A DNA stretch of 64,000 nt. It comes from an uncultured Bacillota bacterium. Lineage in GTDB: Bacteria; Bacillota_I; Bacilli_A; RFN20; CAG-826. Location: assembly GCA_949287245.1 (NCBI GenBank), contig CASEFL010000002.1, positions 14,350-78,349 of the forward strand, read 5' to 3'. The notes under the pieces were generated by a model. The model was not told the origin of the DNA. It saw only the letters and a program-made list of their open reading frames with translations, and searched no databases. Shown one piece after another: positions 48,601-58,499 of the stretch; positions within the stretch are counted from its first letter, which is position 1; the number at the start of each line of letters is the position of its first letter. The translations under genes were made by a program, and so were the position numbers.

Positions 48601-49118
48601 TATCCATGTTAAGTGAAGCTGTAGAAGAAAGAAAAACAGGAATCAAAAAAGAACCTCCAAAACCTGTGAAATTATTAAATATTGATGCCTATATTCCTGA
48701 TGATTATGCAATTAATAGCGATAAGTTAGTCATGTATCGTGAGATAGAAAACCTAAAAAATAATCAAGAATTGCAGGATTATATGAAAAAAACGCGTGAT
48801 ATTTATGGCCGTTTTCCTGCTCCATTAGAACGGCTTTTTCAAAAGAAAGAATTGGACATCCTCTTAAAAGGAGAAGAATTTGATTCTTTAGAAGAAAATA
48901 TGAATTCTTATGATTTATTTCTTACCAAAGCCTTTTCTAAGATTAATGGTATCGGAATTCTTCTTTTTGAGGCTTTAGGCCCTATGCTTACGGTGGTAAA
49001 GGTGAGTTATAACAATCAACAATTGCGAATAAGTTTAAAGAAAACGGAGGATTGGTTTGCGAATTTAATGCGTGTAATAACGACCATTGATTCTTTGTAT
49101 CGAAAAGCTTCTTTGTAG
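45654..49118 (+). CDS. mfd: Transcription-repair coupling factor
   Basis: GDYVVH..GIG, CGDVGFGKTE, DEEQRFG, SATPIPRTL, RDLMIRGAG. Confidence 0.97.
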   Translation: MNKDLFSLFDEKNISSLSSLKEHLVLTSPIGVGVFFASLFKKTPGSYAILATNQYNAQKIYEALLNFLEEGEVIFFPSDELLRAEAVSSSKELMAQRLYAMDLALRKKDKILVTHPSALLRYLMDPELFQKISITFKVGKEYNLGELPDQLIALGYKKVNKIDQSLQFALRGDVLDIYSVNENKPIRLEFFDDELESIREFDIETQTSLEKRESFTVLPATEVLFSDEEFSSLVMKAKEELDKEVASLPYEESSQLRLNFENDLSSLMEHTSSPSVYRYLGYGSKNPHSILEYLKPSFLFAVDKEGVETSINQLMQESGEYYAELRSLHRLIKGPRHYMTFQEAVPQKCAFYSSSRFASSEKDKVIRIQEATSLGTGISAMGPTIESYLENGYQVIICGGEGEKGELAAEYFKDHHIPYEFVDGFTLPTSKAAISKQYLSSGFEISSLKICYLTPNELFGRRTVTTRFTARFKNATILRSTDDLKPGDYVVHEYRGIGQFIAMENKEINGIRHDYIKVAYAGGETLYVPLEQFRLIRKYAGREGVAPRLSHLNGNDWKKKKSHIEEKVNELADRLYTLYKERAFEPGFAFPNDDEFQKQFEDEFPYELTPDQKKALEEIKSDMESPKIMDRLLCGDVGFGKTEVAFRAAYKALLAGKQVALLCPTMLLARQHFELAETRFLSKGVRIAQFSRLIPQKKMKEQIQGLKEGKIDFAIGTHALLSSSIEFKDLGLFIIDEEQRFGVEQKEKIKEMKRRVDVLTLSATPIPRTLQMSLLGVRSLSEITTPPEGRMPIQTYVVPFSFHVIGELISRELSRGGQAFYVYNKVSTIYERASRLQKLLPGAQIGVIHGQMNKEEVEDTMTLFYEGKIDVLVATSIIENGIDIPKANLIIVENANYFGLSQLYQIKGRVGRGDRIAYAYLMYRPEKRMSEEGEKRLKAIQEFTDLGSGYKIAQRDLMIRGAGDILGAEQAGFIDAIGLDLYLSMLSEAVEERKTGIKKEPPKPVKLLNIDAYIPDDYAINSDKLVMYREIENLKNNQELQDYMKKTRDIYGRFPAPLERLFQKKELDILLKGEEFDSLEENMNSYDLFLTKAFSKINGIGILLFEALGPMLTVVKVSYNNQQLRISLKKTEDWFANLMRVITTIDSLYRKASL

Positions 49119-49168
49119 TTTCCTACGGATTCGACACTCGAAGAAAGAAATGCGTGGTAAGATAAGCC

Positions 49169-49441
49169 ATGCGAATCGATAAGTTCTTAAAAGTTTCTCG
49201 TTTAGTAAAAAGACGTGAAGTAGCAAAAGAGCTTTGTGAAGACGGTGATGTTCTTCTTAATGGCAAAGTAGCAAAAGCGATGACCGAGGTGAAAGAAGGG
49301 GATTCTCTTATCCTCATTCTTGGAAACCGAAAGATTCACGCTCTTATCCGCGAAGTACGTCCTTATGCCAAAAAGGAAGAGGCATCCGAAATGGTTGAAA
49401 TAACTATGATTGAAGATGAACGAAAGGAGAATTCTTTATGA
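49169..49441 (+). CDS. S4-domain ribosome-associated protein HslR/YabO (RqcP)
   Basis: MRIDKFLKVSRLVKRR; mfd-yabO-tilS-ftsH synteny. Confidence 0.92.
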   Translation: MRIDKFLKVSRLVKRREVAKELCEDGDVLLNGKVAKAMTEVKEGDSLILILGNRKIHALIREVRPYAKKEEASEMVEITMIEDERKENSL

Positions 49442-50697
49442 GTTTACTAAATTACGAATTTGGTCCAAAGAATACTTATCTTGTGGCTTGCACTTATGGC
49501 CCAGACTCTATGGCTTTGCTGGATATGATGCAGCAAGATGGCGTTTCTCCCGTTGTTTGTTTTGTAGACTTTCATATTGGTGATAATTTAGCTTCAGCGC
49601 GTAAGGAAGTTGAAAAATATTGCCAAGAAAAAAACCTTGTTTTAGAGATTTATGACGCTTATCCGCCAGAAGGAAAAAATGAAAAAGAAATCGCCGATTG
49701 GGCAAGACAAACCCGGTATCATTTCTTTTTAGAATGTTTTAAAAAACATCATGCTGCAGCTTTATTTATTGCACACCATCTTGATGATGTCATTGAAAAT
49801 TATTTGCTTTTAAAACAACACGGAATTAAAGGACAACATTATGGGTGGAGTCGTGTTTCTACTTATGAAGAAATGATTATTGTTCGCCCTTTGCTCAACT
49901 ATAGCCGTGAAGATTTAAAAAATTATTGCAACACCCATAACATTCCTTATAACGATAAGTTTTCCAACTATGAGGAAGCGAGTCAACGTTCGTTAGTGCG
50001 CCGCGATGTGGTGAGCAAGTTAAATGAAGTGGAACGTGATCAAATTCTTGAAGAAATGAAGAAAAAAGATGCGGAAATTAGTTCTTTAAATCGTGTAGTA
50101 AAGCACGATATTGCTACCACAGGAGAACTGAGTATCCGTTCCTTAATTGCTTTGCCTCCTGGTGATTTTGCAGAAACGATTATCGATTTTGTTAATGCTT
50201 GCTGCCCAACCCACGTAACAATCACCCCACGTATATTAAAAGAAATTCGTTCTCTTTGTTTAGCTCCTGAAGCCAACAAAACATTAAAACTCCAAGGTTC
50301 CTACTATATTGTCAAGGAATACGATGTACTTTCTATTGATATAGATGGACTCCATCTTCCTTATTCCTATGTATTAAAGGAACCTTGCAAATTCTCATGT
50401 CCTGCCTTTGATTTAGATTTTACTATGGGCGCTGAAGACCGAAGAATTTTGCCCGAAGATTATCCTATTACTGTGCGTAGTGCGCTTCCTGCTGATGTTA
50501 CAACGTATGGAGGATATTTAGTGCCGGTTCGGAGAATGCTTTCAGCGGCAGGTTGTCCGCCAGAATTAATGAGGATTTGGCCTGTCTTTGTTGGTAAAAA
50601 TAAAAAAATCCTTTATGTGCCACGTTATGACCGTAATTTTGTCGAATATCACAAATCAAAATTAAATATTCATGTTCCTAGCGAAGAGAAAGAATAA
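49438..50697 (+). CDS. tilS: tRNA(Ile)-lysidine synthetase TilS (variant PP-loop)
   Basis: TYGPDSMALL, AR..RY, AHHLDD..E, RPLL; upstream of ftsH. Confidence 0.85.
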   Translation: MSLLNYEFGPKNTYLVACTYGPDSMALLDMMQQDGVSPVVCFVDFHIGDNLASARKEVEKYCQEKNLVLEIYDAYPPEGKNEKEIADWARQTRYHFFLECFKKHHAAALFIAHHLDDVIENYLLLKQHGIKGQHYGWSRVSTYEEMIIVRPLLNYSREDLKNYCNTHNIPYNDKFSNYEEASQRSLVRRDVVSKLNEVERDQILEEMKKKDAEISSLNRVVKHDIATTGELSIRSLIALPPGDFAETIIDFVNACCPTHVTITPRILKEIRSLCLAPEANKTLKLQGSYYIVKEYDVLSIDIDGLHLPYSYVLKEPCKFSCPAFDLDFTMGAEDRRILPEDYPITVRSALPADVTTYGGYLVPVRRMLSAAGCPPELMRIWPVFVGKNKKILYVPRYDRNFVEYHKSKLNIHVPSEEKE

Positions 50698-50806
50698 TTT
50701 TTCGTGACAAACTTGAAGGAACTAGTATTTTAAAGAATGCAGCGACTTTTGCTGCGCTTAATGAAGAAAAATAGTGTTAAGAAAATAAGACGTTTGGAGG
50801 AATATT

Positions 50807-53005
50807 ATGAATGATAACCCCGAAAAAAAGGGTCGAGGGTGGACAGGTTTCCTTCCTTATATAGTAGGAGCTGTGCTCATTGGCCTTATTATTTGGTGGA
50901 TTGTCTCCGCGATGAGCGGTGGAACAACTACCATTTATCCTAACCAAGTAGACGCTATCTTTGGATATGTTCCGGATACAAGCGAGGTGGAAAGTAATTC
51001 TGATGATGGTTTACCTCTTGGTTCTTTAGCAGGAAGAAATGTTGAAAATAGCGAAGATCCTTATTTCTACATCCCACAATATAATGTTTCAGAAGGGGAA
51101 AAGACTGTTACCGTTTCGTTCACTGGTTTTGCTACATTAGTAAATAGTTCTGGCACTCCTTACACAGGCCGCCAATCTTTTACTGTCCTTTTTGAAGCAG
51201 ATGAGTGGCATAACGATTTTGCTAATCACGACGCCTATAGTTCGATTTTCCGTGCGAAAGTAGAAGAATGGAAAAATTCTCCTTTCTTATATCAAGATGG
51301 ATATATCACACAGGCAGAATGGGAAAATTATGCCATTGGTCCAATTGTTTCTGATGCTTACCAAGTTTCTTTCTGGGATTCTTGGGGACCAACCATTCTT
51401 TGGCTTGTTATTTTTGGTGGGCTTACCGTTTTCCTTATTTACAAAATGGGTTCTATTTCTCGCCAAGGAGGTGCCGGTAGCGCTTTAGACTTTAATAAAT
51501 CTCCTGCAAGAAGAGAAAAGAGCAAAGTCCATTTCGATGATGTCGCTGGCTGCGATGAAGAAAAAGCCGAAATGATTGAGATGGTCGATTATTTAAAAGA
51601 ACCTAAAAAATATTCTCAATTTGGCGCTCGTTTACCAAAGGGTGTGTTATTAATTGGCCCTCCTGGCACAGGGAAAACTTTATTAGCCAAAGCAGTGGCC
51701 GGAGAAGCGGGTGTTCCTTTCTTTAGTATTTCTGGTTCTGACTTTGTGGAAATGTTTGTCGGTGTTGGTGCAGGACGGGTTCGTGATTTATTTAGAAAAG
51801 CGAAACAAAACGCTCCTTGTGTAGTTTTTATTGATGAAATTGACGCTGTTGGCCGGCAAAGAGGCGCTGGACTTGGCGGTGGCAACGATGAACGTGAGCA
51901 AACCCTAAACCAACTTCTTGTGGAAATGGACGGGTTTTCTTATAACGCCGGAATCTTAGTGATGGCAGCGACAAACCGTGATGATGTTTTAGATCCTGCC
52001 TTGTTACGTCCTGGCCGATTTGACCGAATTATTACTGTTGGTCTTCCAGATAAAGCAGGAAGAGAGGCAATTTTCAAAGTTCATGCTCGAAACAAAACTA
52101 TTGATCCTTCGGTTGACTTTAAAGCCTTAGCTCAACGGACGGTTGGTTTTTCTGGTGCCGATATTGAAAACATTTTAAATGAAGCGGCTATTTTGGCAGT
52201 TCGCTTCCATAAAAACTCTGTTGGCATGGCAGAGATTGATGAAGCGATAGACCGGAGAATCGCTGGTCCTGCAAAAAGCGGAAAAGGCATGAATGCTTTA
52301 GAAAGAAAGCAGGTTGCTTTCCATGAATCCGGACATGCGATTATTGGTTTAGTTCTTCCTCATTCAGAAAAAGTTCAAAAAATTACTATCATTCCTCGTG
52401 GTCGAACTGGTGGCCATGTATTAATGACACCAGAAGATGATCGCTTCTTATTAACAAAGAAGGAACTTTTGGCCCAAATAACTGGTTTATTAGGAGGAAG
52501 GTCATCAGAAGAAATTTTCTTTGATGATATTTCCACAGGTGCAGAAAATGACATTCAACAAGCCACACGGTTAGCAAGACTTATGGTCACAACCTATGGG
52601 ATGTCTGAATTGGGCCCAGTTCAGTATGAAACCTCTAGCACATCAGTGTTCTTAGGAAGAGATTATACGGATACACAAAAGAATTTCTCGGCAAAAGTCG
52701 CCTATGAAATTGACTCTGCCGTGCGGCAAATTATTGACCAATGTCATAGCGAAGCACGGAGAATAATTTCTGAACATCGTGATGAAGTTACTCTTATTGC
52801 CAACACTTTATTGGAAAAAGAAACCATCACAGCAGAAGAAATTGATTCTTTAGTGAAAACGGGAAAACTTCCAGAAAAAACTGTGCCTCCTTCAAAAGAG
52901 GAACCAGTGAAGGAAGAAAACAAAGAAGAGACAACTCCTTCGGAAGAAAGTGTTCCTACAAAAGAGGAAGAAACAAAAGAAGATTCTTCTTCAAAAAACG
53001 ATTAA
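50807..53005 (+). CDS. ftsH: ATP-dependent zinc metalloprotease FtsH
   Basis: [32 protein letters not shown]. Confidence 0.98.
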   Translation: MNDNPEKKGRGWTGFLPYIVGAVLIGLIIWWIVSAMSGGTTTIYPNQVDAIFGYVPDTSEVESNSDDGLPLGSLAGRNVENSEDPYFYIPQYNVSEGEKTVTVSFTGFATLVNSSGTPYTGRQSFTVLFEADEWHNDFANHDAYSSIFRAKVEEWKNSPFLYQDGYITQAEWENYAIGPIVSDAYQVSFWDSWGPTILWLVIFGGLTVFLIYKMGSISRQGGAGSALDFNKSPARREKSKVHFDDVAGCDEEKAEMIEMVDYLKEPKKYSQFGARLPKGVLLIGPPGTGKTLLAKAVAGEAGVPFFSISGSDFVEMFVGVGAGRVRDLFRKAKQNAPCVVFIDEIDAVGRQRGAGLGGGNDEREQTLNQLLVEMDGFSYNAGILVMAATNRDDVLDPALLRPGRFDRIITVGLPDKAGREAIFKVHARNKTIDPSVDFKALAQRTVGFSGADIENILNEAAILAVRFHKNSVGMAEIDEAIDRRIAGPAKSGKGMNALERKQVAFHESGHAIIGLVLPHSEKVQKITIIPRGRTGGHVLMTPEDDRFLLTKKELLAQITGLLGGRSSEEIFFDDISTGAENDIQQATRLARLMVTTYGMSELGPVQYETSSTSVFLGRDYTDTQKNFSAKVAYEIDSAVRQIIDQCHSEARRIISEHRDEVTLIANTLLEKETITAEEIDSLVKTGKLPEKTVPPSKEEPVKEENKEETTPSEESVPTKEEETKEDSSSKND

Positions 53006-53010
53006 GATAG

Positions 53011-53036
53011 ACCCGGAGAAATCCGGGTTTTCTTTT
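53011..53036 (+). terminator. Terminator after ftsH
   Basis: ACCCGGA-GAAA-TCCGGGT-TTTCTTTT. Confidence 0.8.
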
Positions 53037-54035
53037 ATGTTTAAATTTCCTTATGAACCAATAATTGGTAACCTTCCTTTAAAAGGAAGAATTATTCTTG
53101 GCCCCATGGCAGGAATTACCAATCTCCCCTATCGCGAATTCATGAAACCATTCGGTGTCAGTTTAAGCGTGAGCGAGATGATTTCTGATTGTGGGATCAT
53201 GTATGGAAACGAAAAGACGAAAGAATATTATCGATCTTCTCCTTCTGACACCCCCTTTGCTTTGCAGCTTTTTGGTGCCCAGTTATCTTCTTCTTTAAAA
53301 GCAATAGAAATCTTAGAAAAAGAGGCAACATACGACGTTTTGGATTTAAATTTTGGTTGTCCAGTTCCGAAAGTTACGAAAACTGGTGCAGGTTCCTCTT
53401 GGCTTTTAAAAGAGGAAGAATTATTTCATTATGTTTCGGAAATTACCAAGCATTCGCATAAACCAGTGACAGCAAAAATTCGTCTTGGATGGGACAAGGA
53501 ACATCAAAATGCAGAAAAAGTATGTTTTCTTTTAGCAAAAGCAGGGGTTCAGATGGTAACCATTCATGCACGAACGCGTGCTCAAGGATATCAAGGGAGG
53601 GCAGATTTTTCTTCTTTATATGGTCTTGGGTATCGTCTTCCGATTCCTCTTTGTATATCCGGAGATATTCAAGACCTTTCTTCTATCGAAACAATGGAAA
53701 AAGTTGGGGCTAGTTTTCTTATGGTTGCCCGCTTTGGGGTAGGAAACCCTTTGCTTATAAAACAATTAGATTGTGCTTTAAAAGGAAAAGAAATCGTTAT
53801 CAAACAAAATCTTGATGAACAAATTTCTTTTGCCTTAACTTATTATCAATTATTAAAAGAAAAGATGGGTGAGCAGACTGCTTTTAGCCTTGCAAAAGGG
53901 ATTCTTCCAAAATTTTTCCGTTTTTTTGAAGGAGGGAAGAAAATCCGTCAAAGTATTGTTCTTTCAAAGGATAAAAATGAATTAGAAGAACATTTAATTC
54001 AGATGAAAAATGGAGATATTTCATCTTTGGATTAA
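53037..54035 (+). CDS. tRNA-dihydrouridine synthase (DusB-like)
   Basis: GPMAGIT, LQLFG, DLNFGCPV, KIRLGW, IHART. Confidence 0.92.
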   Translation: MFKFPYEPIIGNLPLKGRIILGPMAGITNLPYREFMKPFGVSLSVSEMISDCGIMYGNEKTKEYYRSSPSDTPFALQLFGAQLSSSLKAIEILEKEATYDVLDLNFGCPVPKVTKTGAGSSWLLKEEELFHYVSEITKHSHKPVTAKIRLGWDKEHQNAEKVCFLLAKAGVQMVTIHARTRAQGYQGRADFSSLYGLGYRLPIPLCISGDIQDLSSIETMEKVGASFLMVARFGVGNPLLIKQLDCALKGKEIVIKQNLDEQISFALTYYQLLKEKMGEQTAFSLAKGILPKFFRFFEGGKKIRQSIVLSKDKNELEEHLIQMKNGDISSLD

Positions 54036-54042
54036 AGAGAAA

Positions 54043-54128
54043 AAAGTTTTTTCAAAACTATCTTGATTTTTATGATGTAAGCGAGTAAAAAATGGCCTGC
54101 GGATAGGAGATAGTTCACGAAAAACTAT
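54043..54128 (+). promoter_or_regulatory. Two putative MarR operator palindromes
   Basis: AAAGTT-N7-AACTAT (54043-54061) and ATAGTT-N7-AACTAT (54110-54128). Confidence 0.55.
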
Positions 54129-54129
54129 T

Positions 54130-54597
54130 ATGGAAGAAGCAATATTAAGCCATGCTATACGGGATACCCATTTCCGAATTCGTCATTTCTTAAGAGAACA
54201 AGGGGGTATGGGTCTACAACCGGACTTAACTTGGGTTGAAGTATTGGTTTTATCCACAATATTCGACCATCAAGACAAGATGATTACGGCAAAAGATATT
54301 GCCTCTGAAACAAAATTAAGTAAGGCAAGTGTTTCGCAAACTCTAGGTCTATTGATTGCGAAAAACATGATTGAAGTAAAAGTGTATCGCAAAGATCGAC
54401 GCGCGAAAGAAATTATCATTAAAGAGATGGGAAAATCATGGATTTCTAATTTTCGGGAAGCCTTTGATGAATTCGCCTTATCAATTGAACAAGGAATTCC
54501 CAAAGAAGAAAAAGAAATTACCTTAAAAACCCTGCAAAAGTTACGTGAAAATTGTCTTTTATTAACAAAAGAACATAGTAAAGGAGGAAAAGAATGA
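54130..54597 (+). CDS. MarR family transcriptional regulator
   Basis: TAKDIA...SKASVSQ HTH, DRRAK wing. Confidence 0.9.
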   Translation: MEEAILSHAIRDTHFRIRHFLREQGGMGLQPDLTWVEVLVLSTIFDHQDKMITAKDIASETKLSKASVSQTLGLLIAKNMIEVKVYRKDRRAKEIIIKEMGKSWISNFREAFDEFALSIEQGIPKEEKEITLKTLQKLRENCLLLTKEHSKGGKE

Positions 54598-56492
54598 GTA
54601 AAAAAGATGCTGCAAGTGTCAATATTGATGCGGGTCCTCGTTTTCGAAGTGCAGACGAAGAATTCGATGAAAATGGGATGCCGATTTATCACGATACCTT
54701 ACTTGGCACAATGAAATCCCTTTGGAAGCACATTGGGAAATATAAACGCGACACAATTTATGCCTGGCTTTTAGTGGCCTTAGAAACTCTAGGCGAAATT
54801 TTAATCCCTTATGTCATGCAATATCTTGTGGATGAAATTGATGTTGGTGCAAGCGGAACCATTAATGTTGGTATGTGCTTTTTATGGGGCGGAATCATGC
54901 TTTTGCTTGCCTGCTGTGGAGTGGTAACAGGAATTCTTGCTGGTTTTTTTGCTGCTTCTGCCTCTGCCGGACTTGGGGCGAATTTAAGACAAGCAATGTT
55001 CTATCGCATTCAAGACTATTCTTTCACGAATATTGATAAGTTCTCTACTAGTTCCATTGTTACGAGAACAACACTTGACGTTAGCAATGTTCAATTCGCT
55101 TTCCAAATGATTGTGCGTTCCTTATTAAGAGCGCCGATGCTTATGATTTTTGCCATGATTATGGCTTTTGTGACAGAGTGGCGTTTAGCTTTTATTTTCT
55201 TAGCCATTATTCCTGTTATTGGGGCAGCGCTTCTTTTCATTTCTTATTTTGTCCATCCTTTATTTGTTAAGATTTTCCGTACTTACGATGATTTAAATGA
55301 GGATGTCCAAGAAAACATTGCGGGTATTCGTGCAGTAAAAGCTTTTGGGCGACAAAAAGAGCAAAAAGAGAGATTTAACGCAACTTCTAACGTGATTTTT
55401 GAAAAATTTGTTCATGTAGAAAAAATTCTTGCCCTAAATTCTCCTTTAATGCAAGTTGCTTCCTATTTGGCTATTTTGCTTCTTTGTTATTTTGGCGCGC
55501 AACTTATCACGACTTATACCATTACTCCTGACAATCAACTTCTTTTTGATATGTCTGTTGGAGAACTGAGTTCCTTACTTTCTTACATCATGCAAATCAT
55601 GATTGCCTTAATGCTAATCACCATGATTTATACGATGATTGTTATGTCTAGAAATAGTGCAGAACGGATTATTCATATTATAGAGGAGACTCCCGATATT
55701 GTTTCGCCAGAAAATGGAGTTAAGGAAGTGAAGGATGGTTCGGTGGACTTTAACCATGTCCGCTTTCACTTTAAGGACAATCCAGAAAATGATGTTTTAA
55801 AAGATATTGATTTGCATTTTAAAGCAGGAGAAACCATTGGAATTGTTGGGTCTACAGGTTCAAGTAAATCCACTTTGTTATCTCTTCTTGCTCGTTTATA
55901 TGACGTGACTGATGGTTCGGTAAAAGTTGGAGGGGTGGATGTTCGTGATTATGATCTACACACTCTTCGTGATGCTGTTTCCGTTGTCTTACAGAAGAAC
56001 ACTTTATTTAAAGGGACGATTGCTTCTAATCTTCGTTGGGGTAATGAGAACGCTACTGACGAGGAATTAAAAGAAGCTTGTGATATTGCCCAAGCTTCTA
56101 CTTTTATTGAGTCTTTCCCAAAGAAATATGAAACCGAAATTGTTCAAGGAGGAACAAATGTTTCTGGTGGACAAAAACAAAGACTTTGTATTGCAAGAGC
56201 CTTATTGAAAAGTCCAAAAATTCTTATTCTTGATGATAGTACTTCTGCTGTTGATACCCATACGGATTCTTTAATCCGCAAGGGGCTTGCAAATAAATTC
56301 CCCGGGACAACAAAGTTTATTGTCGCAGAACGTGTGCTATCGGTTAAAGACTGTGACACCATTTTGGTAATGGATGATGGGAAGGTAATCGCTCAAGGAA
56401 CAAATGACGAGTTAATGGAAACTTGTTCCATGTATAAAGAATTATATGAATCGCAATTAGGAGGAGGTGACTTCGATGTCCAAGGTGACTAA
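54594..56492 (+). CDS. ABC exporter, fused TMD-NBD (degenerate-site subunit)
   Basis: GSTGSSKST, VSGGQKQR, ILDDSTSAVD, VAER. Confidence 0.93.
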   Translation: MSKKDAASVNIDAGPRFRSADEEFDENGMPIYHDTLLGTMKSLWKHIGKYKRDTIYAWLLVALETLGEILIPYVMQYLVDEIDVGASGTINVGMCFLWGGIMLLLACCGVVTGILAGFFAASASAGLGANLRQAMFYRIQDYSFTNIDKFSTSSIVTRTTLDVSNVQFAFQMIVRSLLRAPMLMIFAMIMAFVTEWRLAFIFLAIIPVIGAALLFISYFVHPLFVKIFRTYDDLNEDVQENIAGIRAVKAFGRQKEQKERFNATSNVIFEKFVHVEKILALNSPLMQVASYLAILLLCYFGAQLITTYTITPDNQLLFDMSVGELSSLLSYIMQIMIALMLITMIYTMIVMSRNSAERIIHIIEETPDIVSPENGVKEVKDGSVDFNHVRFHFKDNPENDVLKDIDLHFKAGETIGIVGSTGSSKSTLLSLLARLYDVTDGSVKVGGVDVRDYDLHTLRDAVSVVLQKNTLFKGTIASNLRWGNENATDEELKEACDIAQASTFIESFPKKYETEIVQGGTNVSGGQKQRLCIARALLKSPKILILDDSTSAVDTHTDSLIRKGLANKFPGTTKFIVAERVLSVKDCDTILVMDDGKVIAQGTNDELMETCSMYKELYESQLGGGDFDVQGD

Positions 56493-58452
56493 GCAAAAAG
56501 CAAAAAAAGGCAACACTCTTAAAATGATTAAGCGTGTATTTGCCATTGAAGTAAAGAATTATCCTATTCGTTTCACTCTCGCCTTCTTATGCATTATTGT
56601 CGCTGCTATTGGGGCAGTTTTTGGAACCATTTTTACAGGAATGGTTATTGACCAATGCATTACTCCGATGTCAGAAGCTATTATTTCTTGGTTTAATGGC
56701 GGTCAGGTTGGTCCTGCTCCTGATTTATCTTCTTATTTCAATTTGCTTGGCATTTTTGTTGGCGTATTTGTCGGCATTATTGCAGTTGCTCTTACTTGTG
56801 ATTATTTCTATCAATACGAAATGGCTTATGTGGCTCAAGGAACACAAAAGATTATTCGTGATGATTTATTCAATCACATGCAAGATCTACCTGTTTCTTA
56901 TTTTGATTCTCATACGCGCGGGGACATTATGTCCATTTATTCCAATGACGTAGATACCTTAAGAGAAGCTTTATCAAGAAGCTGGCCAATGGTGGTGAAT
57001 AGTATTGCAACAATTCTTGCGGTATTAGTTACTATGTTCCTTACAAACTGGATTTTGGCTATTTGTGTTATCATTCTTGCCTTGCCAACAGTTTTCTTTG
57101 CAAAGATGATTGCCTCTCGTTCGGGAAAGCACTTCATTGGTCAACAAGAAACTTTAGCGGAAGCTGATGGTTACGTTGAAGAATTAATTAACGGCCAGCG
57201 TGTGGTTAAAGTTTTTAATTATGAAGAAAGAAACAAAAGAGCTTTTGATGAAGTAAATGAACGTCTGCGGAAAGAATCAACAAGCGCGAATCGTTATGCC
57301 AATATTTTAATGCCTGTGGTTAACCAATTTAGTTATATCCAATATATTGCGATTGCTTTAATTGGAGTGGCTTTAATTTTTGCTAACCAAAGTTCTGAAG
57401 GCAGTTTGGCCTTAAGCGTAGGGATTAATCTTTCTACTGGTGTTATTGTTGAATTCTTACTTCTTTCTCGTTCTTTTAGCCGTCCAATGGGCCAACTTGC
57501 TCAACAAACTAACTCCATTGTCATGGCTTTAGCAGGTTTAGTTCGTATTTTAGAATTAATTGACACTCCTTTAGAGGCTGATAACGGATATGTTGAATTA
57601 GTTAACGCGAAAGAGGGTCCTAATGGTGAACCAATCGAAGTTCAGGAAAGAACAGGGCGTTGGGCTTGGAAACATCCTCATACGGATGGGTCTCCGACAA
57701 CCTACACTTGGTTACGAGGGAAAATTAATTTCTATGATGTCGATTTTGGTTATACAAACGACAAAATCGTTCTTCATAACATTACTTTGTACGCGGAACC
57801 AGGACAGAAGGTTGCTTTTGTCGGGCCAACAGGAGCGGGAAAAACGACCATCACGAATTTAATTAATCGTTTCTATGACATTGCAGACGGAAAGATTCGT
57901 TATGATGACATCAACATTAATAAGATTAAGAAGGCGGATTTACGCCGCTCTTTAGGAATGGTTTTACAAGAAACCGAATTATTTACTGGGACAATTAAAG
58001 AAAATATTCGATTTGGAAAACTTGATGCTACCGATGATGAGGTAATAGCGGCCGCAAAACTAGCCAATGCTGATCGTTTTATTACGCAACTACCACAAGG
58101 GTATGACACAATGCTTGTTAAAGCCGGTCTTAATTTATCACAAGGACAAAGACAACTTATCGCCATTGCCCGCTGTGCTATTGCTGATCCTCCCGTCATG
58201 ATTTTAGATGAAGCGACAAGTTCAATTGACTCCCGTACGGAAGAAATGGTCCAGCAAGGAATGGATGCTATTATGAAAGGACGTACCGTCTTTGTTATTG
58301 CTCACCGTCTTTCTACCGTTAAGAATTCGGATGTTATTATGGTTTTAGAAAATGGACGGATTACAGAAAGAGGGTCGCATGACGAACTGATTGAGCGTCA
58401 AGGAAAGTATTATCAACTTTATACAGGGAATGCGATAAAAGCACAAAATTAA
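56476..58452 (+). CDS. ABC exporter, fused TMD-NBD (consensus-site subunit)
   Basis: GPTGAGKTT, LSQGQRQ, ILDEATSSID, IAHRL; ATG 56476 after GGAGG. Confidence 0.93.
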   Translation: MSKVTKQKAKKGNTLKMIKRVFAIEVKNYPIRFTLAFLCIIVAAIGAVFGTIFTGMVIDQCITPMSEAIISWFNGGQVGPAPDLSSYFNLLGIFVGVFVGIIAVALTCDYFYQYEMAYVAQGTQKIIRDDLFNHMQDLPVSYFDSHTRGDIMSIYSNDVDTLREALSRSWPMVVNSIATILAVLVTMFLTNWILAICVIILALPTVFFAKMIASRSGKHFIGQQETLAEADGYVEELINGQRVVKVFNYEERNKRAFDEVNERLRKESTSANRYANILMPVVNQFSYIQYIAIALIGVALIFANQSSEGSLALSVGINLSTGVIVEFLLLSRSFSRPMGQLAQQTNSIVMALAGLVRILELIDTPLEADNGYVELVNAKEGPNGEPIEVQERTGRWAWKHPHTDGSPTTYTWLRGKINFYDVDFGYTNDKIVLHNITLYAEPGQKVAFVGPTGAGKTTITNLINRFYDIADGKIRYDDININKIKKADLRRSLGMVLQETELFTGTIKENIRFGKLDATDDEVIAAAKLANADRFITQLPQGYDTMLVKAGLNLSQGQRQLIAIARCAIADPPVMILDEATSSIDSRTEEMVQQGMDAIMKGRTVFVIAHRLSTVKNSDVIMVLENGRITERGSHDELIERQGKYYQLYTGNAIKAQN

Positions 58453-58458
58453 ATTAGG

Positions 58459-58490
58459 CCCTCAAGAGAATATCTTGAGGGTTTCTTTTT
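58459..58490 (+). terminator. Terminator after ABC operon
   Basis: CCCTCAAGA-N5-TCTTGAGGG-TTTCTTTTT. Confidence 0.82.
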
Positions 58491-58499
58491 GGAGAAATT

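Noticed and set aside
50738-50755. Short GCAGC-N7-GCTGC hairpin upstream of ftsH
   Set aside because: Too short, lacks a U-tract, and does not match CIRCE or CtsR consensus
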